Below are positions 38,966 to 53,805 of a stretch of 64,000 nucleotides of DNA, piece by piece. This DNA comes from Bispira polyomma (Eukaryota): assembly GCA_965649765.1 (NCBI GenBank), contig OZ287751.1, forward strand, positions 61,752,001 to 61,816,000, in the 5' to 3' direction. The notes beneath the pieces were generated by a model, which was not told the DNA's origin, did no database searches, and saw nothing but the letters and a program-made list of their open reading frames with translations. The position numbers and the translations under genes were made by a program. The first letter of the stretch is position 1; the number at the start of each line of letters is the position of its first letter.

Positions 38966-39239
38966 GAACAAATATAAGCTTACTGCATAGGTTCATTCTA
39001 AAAGGAGTTGTGAGTGTTCCTTGAAATTACACTTTAAGGAAACCTAATTTCAAAACCATCTCTCCAAACTCTGTATACTTTTAAGCTAAGGCCAACAGAC
39101 CAATTTACTTTAAGGCCGCCAGGAAAGTTTAACATCTCAGCTGAAATACTACGGTGTATTGAACTGGTTTATTTTAAATCATTTTTGCTGCAATAACCAT
39201 TAATTTCAATAGAGATTTAAACCCTGAATTCAAATAACC

Positions 39240-39660
39240 TACACTACTAACCTAAAACTGTTAAGGTGACCTTACGTCACCCTTAAAATAGTAGTAGTAT
39301 GTAGGTGGCTTTAAGTGAGCATATTTACCTTATTTTAAGTTAACCTTAAAGTGAAAACACTTTGCCTAATTAAATGTCACCTTAAACTCTTAACAATTTT
39401 ATGGTGACCTTAAGTCACCTTTGTCATTTTAGTAAATGTAAATTGTAATAGTAAAGGTGACCTTAAGTCACTCTTTAAATCTAAGTTAAAGGTTAACTTA
39501 AGTATATAAGTTGACCATAACTTCTTGGGTCACCTTATGTTGTGCGTATTAGTATTAGTGAATGTTTTAACAAAAATAACCTGTTAGTATTATATGTTAA
39601 AGTATGTATAGAAAATAAAAATGCCCAAAATGTGCTCGTGCTATTTTTCATTCGTAATAT
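39240..39660 (+). repeat. Orphan B-like terminus with dense AAGGT(G/C/T)ACCTT array
   Basis: About 9 motif copies then AATAAA; collinear similarity to 45095-45300. Confidence 0.6.
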
Positions 39661-40555
39661 TTCTCCATTCTGAGGTTGCCCTGTGGACTGATGGAATTAG
39701 GCCTTACTCACTTTCATCCTCACAAAAAGGTCCCTTGAGACATGCAAGTTTTGTAACACCACTATTAATTATCATAAAGAAAGTAATTTAAAATGGATCT
39801 TTTTCACACCAATCTGTAAGTCACAGGGGAAAGGCTTCGCAAAGTTTAATTTTTTTTTTCTCAGGCAGTGCCTTACATTCTTAACCTTCAACAGCAATTG
39901 TTCTTTGACAAATTTCATTTAAACAATGTATCATAACATATGTTTAGTGAGGTTTCTGCAAAGTCTCCTGTTATTCCATTCCATATATAGGTAGTATTTG
40001 CAAACATGATGTACATAAAGCACATAGCATGGTATCAAAAGTCTTTATATAGTAATGATGCTTATATGAGTACATTGTACTTATGCACTCCCAAACTATT
40101 ATCATCTATGTAAACATTCAATGTGTAAATAATAGTAAACATTATGCAATATTTTTTTTTTACATAATTACACTACATAATTATGTGGGTATATATTTAT
40201 ATTTAATATAGTATGGGTAATCCCCGAAAGCATGGGATTTGCCACCTGTCAACTAGGATAAAAATAGTTTAATTAGTTATGTGTAATCCCTAAAAGGGTG
40301 GGATCTATAACCGTTATGCTACAGAGCTAATGAGAATATAAATAGTTACACAAGTTATTTAGTAAACAAAGGTTTTGGTCTTGCTTGAAAAGACTTGCAC
40401 TCTCCAACCAGGCAACCAGTGGTCACAAACGTAGAGCCATCATCGTACCCCAAGGGACCTAGACGTGCCCACTCAAATAACACACCAAGGTTCAACTGAT
40501 TCACGCAGATGAAAACACTTTACCAAAAAACACAACATGTTGAACACGAGACTGA

Positions 40556-41236
40556 TGGGCCAGTCCCACCGGATTGACGTTAGTCTATGTTAACCACGCA
40601 GAGCTCTCGCAAATATTTGTTGCAAAAGTCCATGCACAAGTTGAAAACCCTATGCAGAAGTCTATTTATTTACATCAAAGGCTTTAAGTTACGCAGAGAT
40701 CCACATATTTGTACGTCAATACCTGTAAAGACACACAGCTGATGCAAAAATTCAGGTAAATGTGAACGCAAAGGCACGCAAATACCTGTAAGACGACGCA
40801 AATAGAGAGGTCAAAGGCCGTAATATCATGTTAAACCACGTCATTTATTATGTTAAATATACATTTTTCTATGTAATCTGTCGCAAGGTTACGTTTTTTA
40901 TGTTAATATAGGTAAAGCTACGTCAATTTGTATGTAACCTTACGCTGTATTACGTGTATTACATAAACACTCGTTTGGTTACATCAAACCATGTTAGACT
41001 GTGCAAACTATTGCAATGCTCACGCGAAAGTTCACGTTTCAGTATGTCACAGTTTTACATCTCTTGCGTGTCCAAATTTCAAACGGTTTGAAATTACAAA
41101 TTTCCTGCATCTCATCTCTCACGCCACGTTATTTACCTTGATGTATGTCACGTGAGCTCTCGCCAATACCACGCAAACCCTACGCAAAATCAATTTCCTA
41201 ACGACTGCTTACGTGAAAGCCGATGGGACAGGCCCA
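40556..41236. mobile_element. PIF/Harbinger-type MITE
   Basis: TIRs TGGGCCAGTCCCACCGGATTGACGT / ACGTGAAAGCCGATGGGACAGGCCCA; flanks TGA/TTA resemble a TWA TSD; internal ACGC/ACGT repeats. Confidence 0.75.
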
Positions 41237-41759
41237 TTAGGGGCGTGAAGGTAACACTGATGTGATGCATCGGCAAGGCAGGCGTTTATAACATGACATT
41301 GTAGTTAGTGGGGTGAAATTCATCATCAAACATTAGAAAAAGGTGATGTAAGATAGCCTGAAAACTTCAAAATCTTATTGGTTGTCATTAACCTAATTAA
41401 ACAAATACTCCCACCAAATAGCCTCAGGGGTTCACTTATCAAACTAAAGTCAATAAGGCAGTATGCCATTTTTAATATATTTAATTTGGTATTTTTATAA
41501 GGCCAGGCCCCCTTAATGAGGGCACTGTAACTTCTTTAAATAGCTCTACTACAGGAGAGGATAAAGCATTATTATCAATTGTATATTTTATAATTTGTCT
41601 TCAAACTAGTGTATTGAATCTATAAATGTTAGAAATTGTTGTCAAAATTGTGTATGATGAACATAAATTTTTCACAAAAATATAAACCAACTGGATAATA
41701 TGCACAATTTGCTGCCGTTTCCGTGATTATCAATTACATTTACATAATTATATAAAATA

Positions 41760-42400
41760 CTGCCAAAATCATGTCTCTCTACTTATAGCTTTCTGATAAT
41801 ATTTTTTAGGTTGATACGAAATTCTCTTTCAATGTTCTCAGGGCACAAAAGACTTCTTTCATATGACTCCAATTTTAACTTCACCAATCTTAAAAAATTT
41901 ATAAAGATTATTGTATTACTGTTAGTCCTAGTTTTATCAATATACCATTTGCCCAACAATATAATCAGATTTTGTATTTCATTAGTTATACTTAATTGTT
42001 TATCCTTTACCTCAATTCCAAATAAAATTTCACAGACAGAATATTCGCAAAAGTTATTTATATTCCTGACCTTATTGATCCACCTCGTTGTTTCACCCCA
42101 AAAGACTTTAGAATTTTTGCAGTAATACAGATGATGTTCAATTGTATCAATTCATCCGCAGTAGTTGCATAGTGAGCTTTCTTTAATCTTCCACTTTTAT
42201 AATTATAATTACAGTTAAGAATTCTGTTTTGAATCTTGTATTGGAAAGATTGAAAATAAGGTTCTTTTATAAATAAATGTATTGACCCAAAACTTTTGTG
42301 CCATGGGGCTACTTCCAAAAAGGGGTACATATCTAACCATTTATCTATTGCTGTTGGTTGTTGCAATTTATTATTAACCACTGCCCTATGTATGTATAAC
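41760..42400 (-). mobile_element. LINE (L1/Tx1-like) ORF2 C-terminal zinc-finger fragment
   Basis: FQSFQYKIQNRILNCN followed by frameshifted C..C...H...C and FW. Confidence 0.75.
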
Positions 42401-42769
42401 ATGTAATATAGTATTATCATGTGATTGAAATATACCAAACATGTCTTAACCGAAAGTGTGTAGTTTTAGATCACATGGAGCAAGTGGTCAATATTCAAGG
42501 CTCTGCCTCAACCAGCAAGTCAAGCTTCACTAGTCATGACAATTACAACATCAAATTCCAACCAATACCTTACTGTACCATTGTAACTCGATTTCCTCTA
42601 AATGCAACCTCTGTTGTATGTAACAAGAGCTTGTATTAGGCAAGCATGCAAGACTTAAGTAAGTTTGTGGTGAGGTTTACACGAGACATTAACTCAGATG
42701 TGCTTTGATGTATTTAGTCTTTTAGCTAAAGCAGGGTTGCTTATTATTTGATATTTATATTTGTTCATG

Positions 42770-43150
42770 TTGTTGTTTTTACTCAATCATATACTTAAAC
42801 TCGTATATTCATATTACCTCAGACTAAGGTCACCCTACTTGTAAACTCAAACTCAAATAATACCTAAACTCAACTTAAGGTTACCCTAACTTAAAACACC
42901 ATCTTAAATTTAAGATGGCCTACAACCAAGTTCAATTGGCATCTTAAATTAAGATGAACTCAAACTCAAAATCTTAACTCAACTTAAGGGGTGACTTTAC
43001 GACCACCTTAAACCCTTTGGTGGTCTTAGTCTTAAAGTGTGTATATAAAACTAGTATAATAAAATAGAATAAACTAATTATCCCAATGGCTATTTTTACT
43101 GTATTAAACCATCAACTTTAAGGTCACCGTAGGGCACTGTATTAACAACT
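42770..43150 (+). repeat. Orphan B-like terminus with AAGGTCACC/AAGGTTACC motifs
   Basis: TAAGGTCACCCTA, TTAAGGTTACCCTAA, TTAAGGTCACCG; CTAGTATAATAAA resembles E2 B CTAGTATACTAATAAA. Confidence 0.5.
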
Positions 43151-43933
43151 GCTTAGTATTATTCAAGGTCAAATGGGTTTATTGACACCTACACAACAAA
43201 TCATATGAACTTAAAGGGCACATATGTTTCATTTAAGAATTGGATGTTAGAAGTTTGACATTACCTTAAACTGATATAAAAGGCATTATATGTTACTGAG
43301 TGATGGAGATAAGGTTATTAAAAAAACTGATTAATATCGACTAGTTAAGAGAAATAAATTCAATCAACCACATCTTACTGTAAAATACTTTTTCAAAAAA
43401 AAAAATGGAATGAAATTGGCAAATTATACCACTATAATATTTATGCCACAGAAAACTCCACACTTTAACGATAATAAATGCTTTCAAATCAGCCAAAGGA
43501 AAATATTGAACAACAACAAAAGTCAGAAATGTGTCTTTTGTCATTGAATTAATGACACTAGAAAGAACCAATATAAAAGCCATGCATTGACTAGCAAGCA
43601 TGTATATAGTTTACACAATACCAGTTAATATATCTCAATAATTTCTAGACAAATTTTTCCTGTAGTGCTTATTCAAGCAGTTTTACACTGGTAACCCTTT
43701 ACTTATTATCTTTATTCTGTATTATTGAGGTTTCAAAGGCAATTGTGTTCCTTTGGAATCAACATGTCTAAAAAGGTGGAATTTTTCAACGTTTTGCTTG
43801 CTTTGCTTTACTTTGTATAACTCATATATATGGAAATAACCTTTACTTGTCACCTCTTATTTTAGTAGAGCTTTCATCTCTGAATTCAAATATTGCAGTC
43901 ACATTTTATGTATCATATCCCCAGGAAGACATA

Positions 43934-44153
43934 GGGCCCAAGGTGGCTCAGTGGTTAGAATCGCCTGCTACACAATCACTGGCCTCTCACAAATGTGCGT
44001 TCAAATCTGTATGTTTCTTCGTGTGGAAAAGTTTGTCAGGTACTTACCATAGTTCAAGGGTTTACAGCTTTACAGCACTGGCTTCTTCCACGATTGAATC
44101 TGACCGTTGTGATGTGACCTAAGCTGTTGAAAGCGATGTAAAACCCAACTAAC
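43934..44153 (+). mobile_element. tRNA-derived SINE (Meta-domain-like tail)
   Basis: A box TGGCTCAGTGG, B-box-like GTTCAAATC, tail CTGACCGTTGTGATGTGACCTAAGCTGTTGAAAGCGATGTAAAACCCAAC. Confidence 0.8.
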
Positions 44154-45094
44154 TTCGAATAAATTGTGTAGAAGATGCTTGTTTAAGATAACCTTAAGGC
44201 TTTAGTAACGTAAACACAAAAAACGGTCGCCCCTAAACTACGTTGTGAAAGAATCACTGTCAAGAAACATACACTACATCGTTGTGAAGTCCATTTTAAA
44301 TACAACTTTTGCTTTATGAGTTGCCAAAATGATAGAAAACAGAATAAATAACAATTCAAGCTAAATTTTTTCAATTGTAAAATTGATTTTAACAATTTAT
44401 CAGCAACAATTACAACGTATAAGTAGGTGTAAAATTATAAGAAAAACATGAATATTTGTCCAAGTACACCCTTCACAAACGTGACACAATACACATACCA
44501 AGAAGGTATCAATGCTGAAATATTCTACATGACCAGAAAAAGGGAAACATCAGCAATATTTTGAATGAATTCGTTTTGTAATAAAAGCATAAAAACGGGG
44601 ATTTTTTTAGAAAAACATAAAAGTTACACTCTTCTAGACAGAAAGATATTTTGTATTCTTCGTTTATATAACTTAAGAAAACATATTTAAAAATGTAATT
44701 CATTAAAAACAATATACATGTTTTTTAAAGTTGTGAAGCCTGCACAATATCTTTATATATGCTGGATCAATACTCGTATTGTGTCACAACAGAAGGGCTC
44801 TCTGTGAGAATTGTTTACAAATATGACGTTTCACCATAGACTTCAAATTGTGTGACGTCACAATACAAGAATCGTTGTATGGGTGGGTATATAGTTTTTT
44901 AGCAAAATATTATAGTTTTAAATTGTCTGGCCATATGAAAATAGTTCAATACCTTGCTAAAGAATCGTTTCATGGCTGCTATAGTGTGTTTTTGAGAAAA
45001 AAAGACCAGCGCAAATGCAGTATGATTAATCAGCAACGTATTTGTGTGTTTACGTTACTAAAACCTTAAATATCCAGCTAAAGTTAAATTCAGT

Positions 45095-45350
45095 AATTAA
45101 GTTAAGGTGACCTTAAGTCACCAGGTCAATTTTAGTAAAAGTCATCATCAATTTAAGGTGACCTTAATTAAGGTCACCAATGGTTTTCAATTTAAAGGTA
45201 AACTTAAGATGTAATTCAGGTGACCTTGACCTTTGAGTTCAACTCTTTTATGTAAATTAGTAGTAGATGTTTGATGTTTTAACACATTAACATTGCATGT
45301 TAGATAGATGTAATCAATGCTTAAAGTGCTATACGCTTGGGTTTCTCACA
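45095..45350 (+). repeat. Orphan B-like terminus with TTAAGGTGACCTTAA array
   Basis: Similar to 39395-39580. Confidence 0.55.
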
Positions 45351-47507
45351 ATTGTTCCCATATCACTTTGTCCCTAATCTGGGACTGCTGTAAGAGATAG
45401 AAATCGTTTGCAGCAACATTGACTGACAAATGAAATAACTTTGCTCTGGACTTTCAAAAGATATATTACACATACATTTGAGAATTTGTTCAAAAATGTT
45501 AAAACGAAGCATCTTGTAACTAAAATAAATAAGAAAAAAATGCATTTTACAAACATGCAAAATTTTTACACAAAAACATATTTTTATTGTAACATAGATA
45601 AAACCTTGACAAATTACATTTGCTGTTACTCGCCCTACTTCTGGATTCTAATGTGAAATATTAAATTACTTTGAATGAATTGGCTGGTTGCAAGATAAAC
45701 GAATCATTTTATCTAATTTTAAAATAGAGCTAGCTCTTTGTAAACAAAATCCTGCAGATACCCATGATGACACTCTGCTCCAATGTTTAAAAAAATAAGG
45801 CCTACAAACTTCGTTACCCTCTAGTTTGGTGTTCTATGTTGCTGACAGTTCTTGCCTATGAAGTATAGTGTATGCTAGTAAAGATTCTATAGCTGGCACA
45901 ACACATAGAAACATGCTTCTAAGCATTTCCCTTAGATACATTAGTGATTGAGTGCATGGTGAAATTATTTTTTTTTTCATAAAGTTTAGTTGTTAGACTA
46001 TTTTCTACAGCTCAACAAATAAAGGGGAGGGATCCGGACCTACTGGATCTACCTATATGATTACAATTCTAATGTGTCTCTATTAAATATGGTAAGGTGG
46101 ATATAAATTAACATTTCCTAATTACAAATAATATAATAATGAGATAACTTTTATGAATCAAAGTGAATAAATATTTAGGATTATTCACACATCAGTGCTT
46201 TAGGTAATGAAACCAGCTATCTGAACTAAAGATCCAACTGAACAGCCAACAACTAACCTCCAAAATATTTCCATGGAAAAAAAACACCCCCAAAAATTCC
46301 CCTTAATAGAACTAGAGGTCCAAATCTTATGGCCAAAGATCATCCATAAATAATCCCTACAAAAGCAAAAGATCATGGAAAGAACAATAAATCACTACCA
46401 AGAAGGGTAGTCGGTAGAACGCATACCTCAGTCAAGGCAGCAAACTGCTACAATGACAACAAAATCCTGGACCCACCCTTTTATATCCTGATCTAATGCA
46501 AATTTAACACATTTTTTGTTGTCCCATGTCCCATCCTTCTAATTAATTTCATTTAAATCAGTTCAGTAGTTTTGGGGTGTTAATCCTGCTGACAAACAAA
46601 CAGACAAATAAACATAATAACCGGCCAAAAACATGCTGAGATAATAATCTAAAGTGTACCAGCCATCATAGACTTGGTTTCACTAGAAAAGCTGGATTAT
46701 CGACTTTATCTTTCACTAATAAACATTATTCTTAGTATGTGAAAAGCTATTGGTTCTTTTAAGTTATAATTGATAACTAAGCTAAAAGTCAAGCCCTTAG
46801 GCTTTACAAATTAAACCATAAATTTGTCAAGTTTTCTTCTCTCAAAGATCAACACATTGCATGTGAGACATGACATGATAAAAATAGCGATCAATCTACT
46901 TTTTTAAACAAACGTTTACCCAGTTACTTCTATGTTTGAAAGTAGTTTTATTACCGCTTGTGGGTCATTGTGACGTCAGAATACTGTCATATTGACTTAC
47001 ACAACTATGAAATTATAAAAGCTCCAGAAATGACTTAAATATAGAGATCTTAAGCGGAAACATCATACTATGGTGTTGAAAAATATGGTACTGTTTTTTA
47101 TTTTCCTTTTAATGTGTATTTAAACAGTTACTAATACACAAATTTTGCTATTGAAGCATTTATATAAACTGTCTTTGTTACATATCACTCAAAGTTTAAT
47201 ACACCTTTTTTATGTATATGCTGAAATACTGAATTGTTTATAATATCTGTATTTTCATGGACTTAGATCCAAGGCAAAATGGTGTATAATTGTAATTTTT
47301 ACTGGGAATCAGTTTTAGCTATGTTTTTGCAAATGAAATTTGACAGTGAACCTTTTAAGTGAAATTAAATGTTGTGAATTTATCAAATTTATTTTAGCTA
47401 AAGTTTGCTTTGATACAGTATCCTGTCGCCTTTGGGTAAAAAAATCTGTCTGACCATATTCTCTAAACAATCTGGAGTTCAACTCAGACTCAAGTACTCA
47501 AATATCA

Positions 47508-47745
47508 GGGCTAGTATTAACGAATGTATACTCAGCTCAAAGTCATACTCAAATCAAATCTGGATTCTCTATAACTCTGGATATGGTGAATATACCTAAA
47601 ATCTGACTTGATATTTGAATTCAGTGTTGAAAGCTCTATTAAAATGAACAAGTATAGGTTATTTCCAAGAACAAAGATTTCCACGTGGCCTGTATTTGAG
47701 TTGAGTATGAGTTTAAGCAGAGGATACGTTGGAGAATACGGGCCC
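47508..47745. mobile_element. MITE with ~45-bp imperfect TIRs
   Basis: GGGCTAGTATTAACGAATGTAT..CATACTCAA versus TTGAGTATG..ATACGTTGGAGAATACGGGCCC. Confidence 0.6.
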
Positions 47746-49184
47746 AGGTCTCTTTATGTCTGGGGAGAGGGAAGATACATCAATTCTGACTTCATATTAG
47801 AGTTCAGTGGTGAAAGCTCTATTAGAATCTGTGGTCGCAACTATAGGTCATTTCCTTATAAAAGACAGACTGATAGCTTTCAGCTGAGTTAAGCGTCTCA
47901 ATATGAGTTACTCTAATTTACTGTGGCTGTAAATCAAAGCCTTCAGTAAAAGTTCAACAGCAGAAATAGGAGACTGTAACTAGAAGATGCCAGTGGGTAA
48001 ATGGAAATCACTTGTTGTACGATCGTTGGGCTTAGCCCTAACAAATGGCTAACTGATGTGCTCATATTATATCATGTGACATAAATGTGGTAATTATGTT
48101 CCATTTAAGATCGAGCAATCTATTAGATGTACTATACAGAGTTGATAATCCATGAAGTGTAAGGTGAAGTAATGGGATATTGCTTTGCAATAGACATAAA
48201 ACACAGTGCACCCATACACATCTCCCAACCAAATGATATGACAGATAGAATGACAAATTTGTACGAGTGCATTGGGGACTGTGGGCCTCGCCCTGTGAAA
48301 ATAGAAACTGTAGGTGTTATTTACCAAAGAACAAAAACATTCCACAAAGATTAAGCTGGAAATAACAAAGCTTATTTTTTGTGTGTCAGGGGTGGCTATA
48401 TGATGAGGGTGTAAAAGTTACTTGTTATCAAACTTGAAGTAATGTATTACACTGTTACACTGGGGTTTGATTTTCGTTTTACCTTTAAATTGTATAATCA
48501 ACAGCAATCACTCAGCCACATGTTGAATCGAGCTAGTTGCAGAATACACGGAGAAAACACCCCAAATTAGTACAAATGATGAACTATGACAGGTTGAACA
48601 AGTCAACAGGCAATCACCACTCGTCCAGAAAGATTTAGGATTTTTCCTTTGAAAGATTTAATTAACTTAGAGCATGGGAAAACAACTAACAGAAACCACC
48701 ACCACTTTAGTTCTGGTCATCAGTTTTGAGTGATTGCAATTTTAGCATTTTTTTTCTCCCATTCTGTTACGTATAGAAATTTCATTAGATTAAAATAATA
48801 AACAACTCCGATTGGAACTATTTCTAGGAACATGTAATAATTTGTAATATTGATTTTACAGAATATTTAATTTAAAAAAAATTTAGATAAAAAATCACAT
48901 AAATTTTCCTATATTTCCATTTGACCCTCTTTTCACCTCTCGCTTCAGTGTGTTAAAGAAACGTTCTTCTCACTCCAACCAGACTAAGTTCAGCAAAAGA
49001 TTGAACCTTCACAGTAATCTCAGCGTTTCTAGTTCCTGATATGAGATTGGTCAGTTTGAATGAATTCTACAAAGCATGTGGACTTAATATTTACAATGTC
49101 AGTTTAAATTTGACACTAGAAAGGATGAGATGTGTTCCTTCCTACCCAACACTAGTAATTAATATCAAGTTATTGTTTTCATTC

Positions 49185-49582
49185 ACACTAAGTACTACTA
49201 CAATATATGTAGATATCCAAGAGGTTATACACGGTTATACAACATTAAAGTTTACCATTTTAGTTACACATTACAGTGACCCGAGTTACAGGTCACTTTT
49301 AAGTTACATTTTAATACACACATTGTCAGTTGACCTTACCTAAAGGTCAATTAGTGATCTTTTGCGGTGACCTTACCTAGAGGTGAATTAATAGTTTTTA
49401 AGGTGACCTTAACTGGAGGTCATACTAATTTATAATTTAAATACATATGTAGTGACCTTAAAATCATTAATTGAGCTTGATATACACTTTAAGTCAGGGG
49501 GCAGGGGTCTCTAGAGTTACCCCATTGAATTAAAGTATACGAGTACATTATGTAAAGATATAAATTACATATACAAGACCCT
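49185..49582. repeat. ~400-bp direct repeat, copy 1 (partner 55528-55951); B-like terminus, probably minus strand
   Basis: ACACTAAGTACTACTACAATATATGTA...ATACAAGACCCT shared; GGTGACCTTA array. Confidence 0.9.
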
Positions 49583-50217
49583 CATACAAGACCCTCTGAC
49601 AGATAAAACCTAAAATGTAAAGATAAAACAATTGTAAAATACAAGTTACCAGACTAAAACAATTTTAAAACTAAAACATCGTACAATTAACTACTTAACA
49701 GGTGTGGGTGGGTGGGAAATTTCAGTGTTTCCAGTTTGTGTGTGTAATTTAAATTGAGACAGGTGAGGCCAAGTAAGTGGCTTCTAGGAGAGCTTAACCA
49801 CTGATTGGTGGTAAACACTTTCCAGGGGTTGGCAACCAGGGGGGATTCCGTGACATCATTACCTTTTTACCTGTGAAATTTAAGCTAGTACTTTAAGAAT
49901 TTTGAGGGGTTTAGAGGACTGACCCCCGTGATGCCTTAACACCACATCCTACAGTCCCCAATTCACCCAGTCCAAAGAAACACATATGTGCGGATACTTG
50001 TATTTATTTGGGGGGCTGACGCCCAGGCTCTCAGTTCTGTACCAGACTAGAAGTGGCAATTAGGACACGAAAGTTCAGGGAGGGCAGTATAAAAGAAATT
50101 GCCGCCAACTGGCAGCCATCATTAAACTAAGAATCTTACTAGGAGTAACACTGTTTTTATAAGTTTGGGGCTTTTTACTACCCTACTTTTAAGTGTTTTA
50201 GATTTTTACGTGTCATT

Positions 50218-51276
50218 ATGCCAGTGTATCATTTTGTCGTGTGTAATGTAATGCACGAGAAACCTGTGGGGAGAAACTGTCGAGCACAACAAATACAGGA
50301 GCCAGTGGCTGGTGCTGAGGGGAGTGAGACGGGCGTCGCCAGTGACTCGGACTCAGGTGACCAGGTATCATCCATTGCCGATCATGCTAGTGCTAATGTC
50401 TCAAATCAAATACTCATACAGTTGCAAGCCATGAACCAGAAGCTCGACAATATGGACCAACGAGTCCGAGTCACGGAGACGGCGCTATGCTCACCCAGTG
50501 CCTCACCGACACGTAAGACCGATTCAGTTAACATTTCCAGTACTGTGAATAGTGTTACCCCAGCTTCAGATACTGTAATTCCCACGTTAGATTTCCTTAA
50601 AACAAACTCTGATCTACAACTACAAGTAGACCAACGATTACTTCAGTTACAACAGTTGGGTCAGTTAACCGGGACAGGTAAACTCAAATATCAAAGGGGG
50701 GGTACTTCTGATGTACATATTAAAAAGAATGTTGATTGGCCACAAAATTTTGTACTCTCGGGTACCAAGAAAGTCCGACCTTCTTTTGACGACTTGTCTC
50801 TGATCCAATTTGTTGGGGGATTTACCCAGTGTATTCAAGAGCAGAGAGCTCCAGAAATTAGGGATGCCATGCTAGATTACTTAGGAAATTTGATGGACGA
50901 TGCCCATGATTTTTCATGGGAAGCAGCAAAAGCATGTCATGCTGTTATTCTCACAAATATGGAGCTAGATAAACTTAAATGGACAGACGTAGAAAAGGTA
51001 GACAGGATTCGGCGAGCACATGCTCAGCGTCAAATGCCTCCCACAAGTTCAGGTTCTGGCCAAAGCAAATCAAGCACATTCCAAAAGAGTAAAGTTAAAA
51101 CAACGGATGTAAATTGTAAATTCTTTCAGGAGGGTACATGCAATTCAACTCAAGTCATAGGACTGCTGGGCAGTACTTTAAACACGCATGTGAAAATTGT
51201 GAGGGCACTCACCAAACAAAATTATGTCGGGAAAACTGCTTCAAAAAACGGGGTAGTCACTGCAGGGATGCAGTGA
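50218..51276 (+). pseudogene. gag: gag of E3 (compensating frameshifts ~51140 and ~51230)
   Basis: VCNVMHEKPVGRNC, MLDYLGNLMDDAHDFSWEAAKACHAVIL; finger HRTAGQYFKHACENCEGTH lies in the shifted frame. Confidence 0.9.
51243..51276 (+). promoter_or_regulatory. Putative -1 ribosomal frameshift signal (E3)
   Basis: A AAA AAC, 7-nt spacer, stem TCACTGCA-GGGA-TGCAGTGA. Confidence 0.75.
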
Positions 51277-53773
51277 AAGAATTTACATGTAAACAAGATA
51301 CTGTGTATTCTAGTGAACATGTTGTATATAATACTAAGTTTAGGGAGTACTACCTATTTGATAGTAATTATATAACCAAATGTTTAAGGGTAAAAAATAT
51401 GTCAAAACTAATGTGTCTTACAAAGACGCGCTGTGTCAGGGTCAAACTAGTGTGAAAAATTGTGTGCCTGTGCCACCAGTTAACAATAAGACCCGAGCAA
51501 ACAAACTTCACACTAATGGTGTGAACACTGCTGGGTGTACAGATGAACGTGTATGCAAGAGAATAAAAACGGGTTGTCATGTCACCACAAAACTTGATTG
51601 CCATCAAAACAACCTCGAGTGTTAAAGGGGTAAACAACTTTTGACAAGTGTGGTAAAGGCGAGTTCCCCATATTGTGTGGGCACTTATAACGTGTTACGG
51701 GTTAACAAAGAAGACTTGGGGGGTTTCCCCCTTCTCATTTCAAACTCACAACAGGTTTGACACCTTGTGCACAAACACTGAAGACAATAACGACTTAGAG
51801 AAACAGAGTCCCATTGAGGGGACTTTTACCATGTGTAAACATGGTGACACTGCAATTAAAGACATTGCTCCAATTAGTGTAAATCCCAAAAACAACTCTG
51901 AGGGTAAACATTTTGTTCATAGTAAAACAATTGAAGGTGATATAATACCCCAGGACACGTATGCATTGGGTCTTAACCAAATAACTAACAAAAGACAGAA
52001 ACTGACTGAAGCAAAACATTGTGACACCTACAAACTGTGGGACGTTCAGAACTATTTAAAAGTGGGATATATTCTACTTACCAACTTGGGACAAAGAGTT
52101 ATAGACAATTCAGTGACTGGGGGCGATGTAAACATATTTACCCTACATAGACAGCTTAGGCAAGATGGTCACCCTAATTATAGGGGTTTACAAATTCCAG
52201 TAAAGTCGCAACTTAATGCTGAGGTTTTGGCAAACTATTTAACCAAATACTGGGACTGGGAACTCCCCCTACTGATTAAATTCGGATTCCCCTTAGATTA
52301 TAACCGACAATGTAGTCCTGACTCGGATCCCATCAACCATACTTCAGCTAAAAAATTTCCTACTCATGTGCACCATTATTTAAAGGAAGAGTGCAAATTT
52401 GGGGCAATATATGGCCCCTTTAAAGAAAAACCTATTTCCAATCTTCACACATCCCCATTCATGACAAGGGACAAATCCAGTTCAGACAAACACCGTGTTA
52501 TTGTAGATCTAAGCTGACCAATAGGCAAATCTGTCAATTCGGGCGTTACTCCTAACATCTATTTGAATAATGAATTTTTACTAACTTACCCCTCTATTGA
52601 TAATATCACTAGTCAAGTCCTTCTCCATGGCAGGGGTTCTTTACTATTTAAAGCTGATGTGAGTCACGCTTTTCGTCATGTGACCATTGATCCTGGAGAT
52701 ATAGACTTGTTAGGTCTTTTCTGGAAAAAATATTATGTAGATGGATCTCTCCCCTCTGGGTACAAGCATGGATCCGCCATATTTCAAAGAATTTCAGATG
52801 GAATCCGGCATATTATGCAGACTGTGGTGCTGAACTACATAGACGACATCTTATGTTGTTCAACTCCTAAGAAAATATATGCTACTTATAAACATTTACA
52901 GGTACTGCTGTCTGAGCTTGGTCTCACCCTCAGCAACAAAAAATTGGTCCCACCAAATACTTGTGTTACATGCCTTGGCATAGTCATTGACACTGTCGCA
53001 TTTACAACCTCCATTCCTGAAGAAAAATTGCAAAATATTAAGTACATATGTGCTCAGTGGAATAACAAAACACATTGTAGTAAAAGGGAACTCCAATGTT
53101 TACTTGGATCATTACTTTATGTATCAAAGTGTGTAAAATATGCACGTTTTTTCCTAAATAGGATGCTTCAGCTACTCAGGGATAACCACCAGTGTAAGCA
53201 CATAAAAATACCTATTTAAAAATACCTACATAAAAATTCAGAAAAGATCTTATTTGGTTCCAGGTATTTCTGGACAAATTTAATTGGGTAACCTTTTTCT
53301 ACCATAAACCCATTTCAGCTGTCATTGAGATGGACGCTTGTCTTACAGGCATGGGGGGAGTGTATGGCAGTCAGGTTTATACTTTAACCATCCGCCACAA
53401 ATTACAACACCTGAACATTGCTTCTATTGAGATACTGAACATCTTAGTAGCCCTTAAAGTATGGGGTGTCCAATGGCACGCCCAATGTGTGTTAACAAAA
53501 TGTGATAATCAGGCAGTTGTCAGTGTCCTAACCACAGGCCGTACCAAGGATCCTATTTTAGCATTGTATGCGCATAACATTTTTATGTTGGCAAGTCATT
53601 TTGATGTGGAATTAAAAGTCATACATATTTTAGGCCAGAACAACACGTGTGCTGATCTGTTATCCCGCTGGACCAACACCCCGGATAATTACAAAAATTT
53701 ATCCCGAATGTTGGGACATGTAGTATGGTGTAATGTTAATGTACAGTATTTGGCAGTCAATGAGCAAATATAA
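51249..53773 (+). pseudogene. pol: pol (linker + RT + RNase H) of E3, disrupted
   Basis: YWDWELPLLIKFGFPLD, RVIVDLS*P, YIDD, DACLTG, CDNQAVV, ADLLSRW. Confidence 0.93.
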
Positions 53774-53805
53774 CATGCATACTTCCTCCAGTTATTATGT
53801 TTCAG

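Noticed and set aside
39240-39560. CRISPR-like array
   Set aside because: Motifs are short, degenerate and irregularly spaced; eukaryotic context; no cas genes
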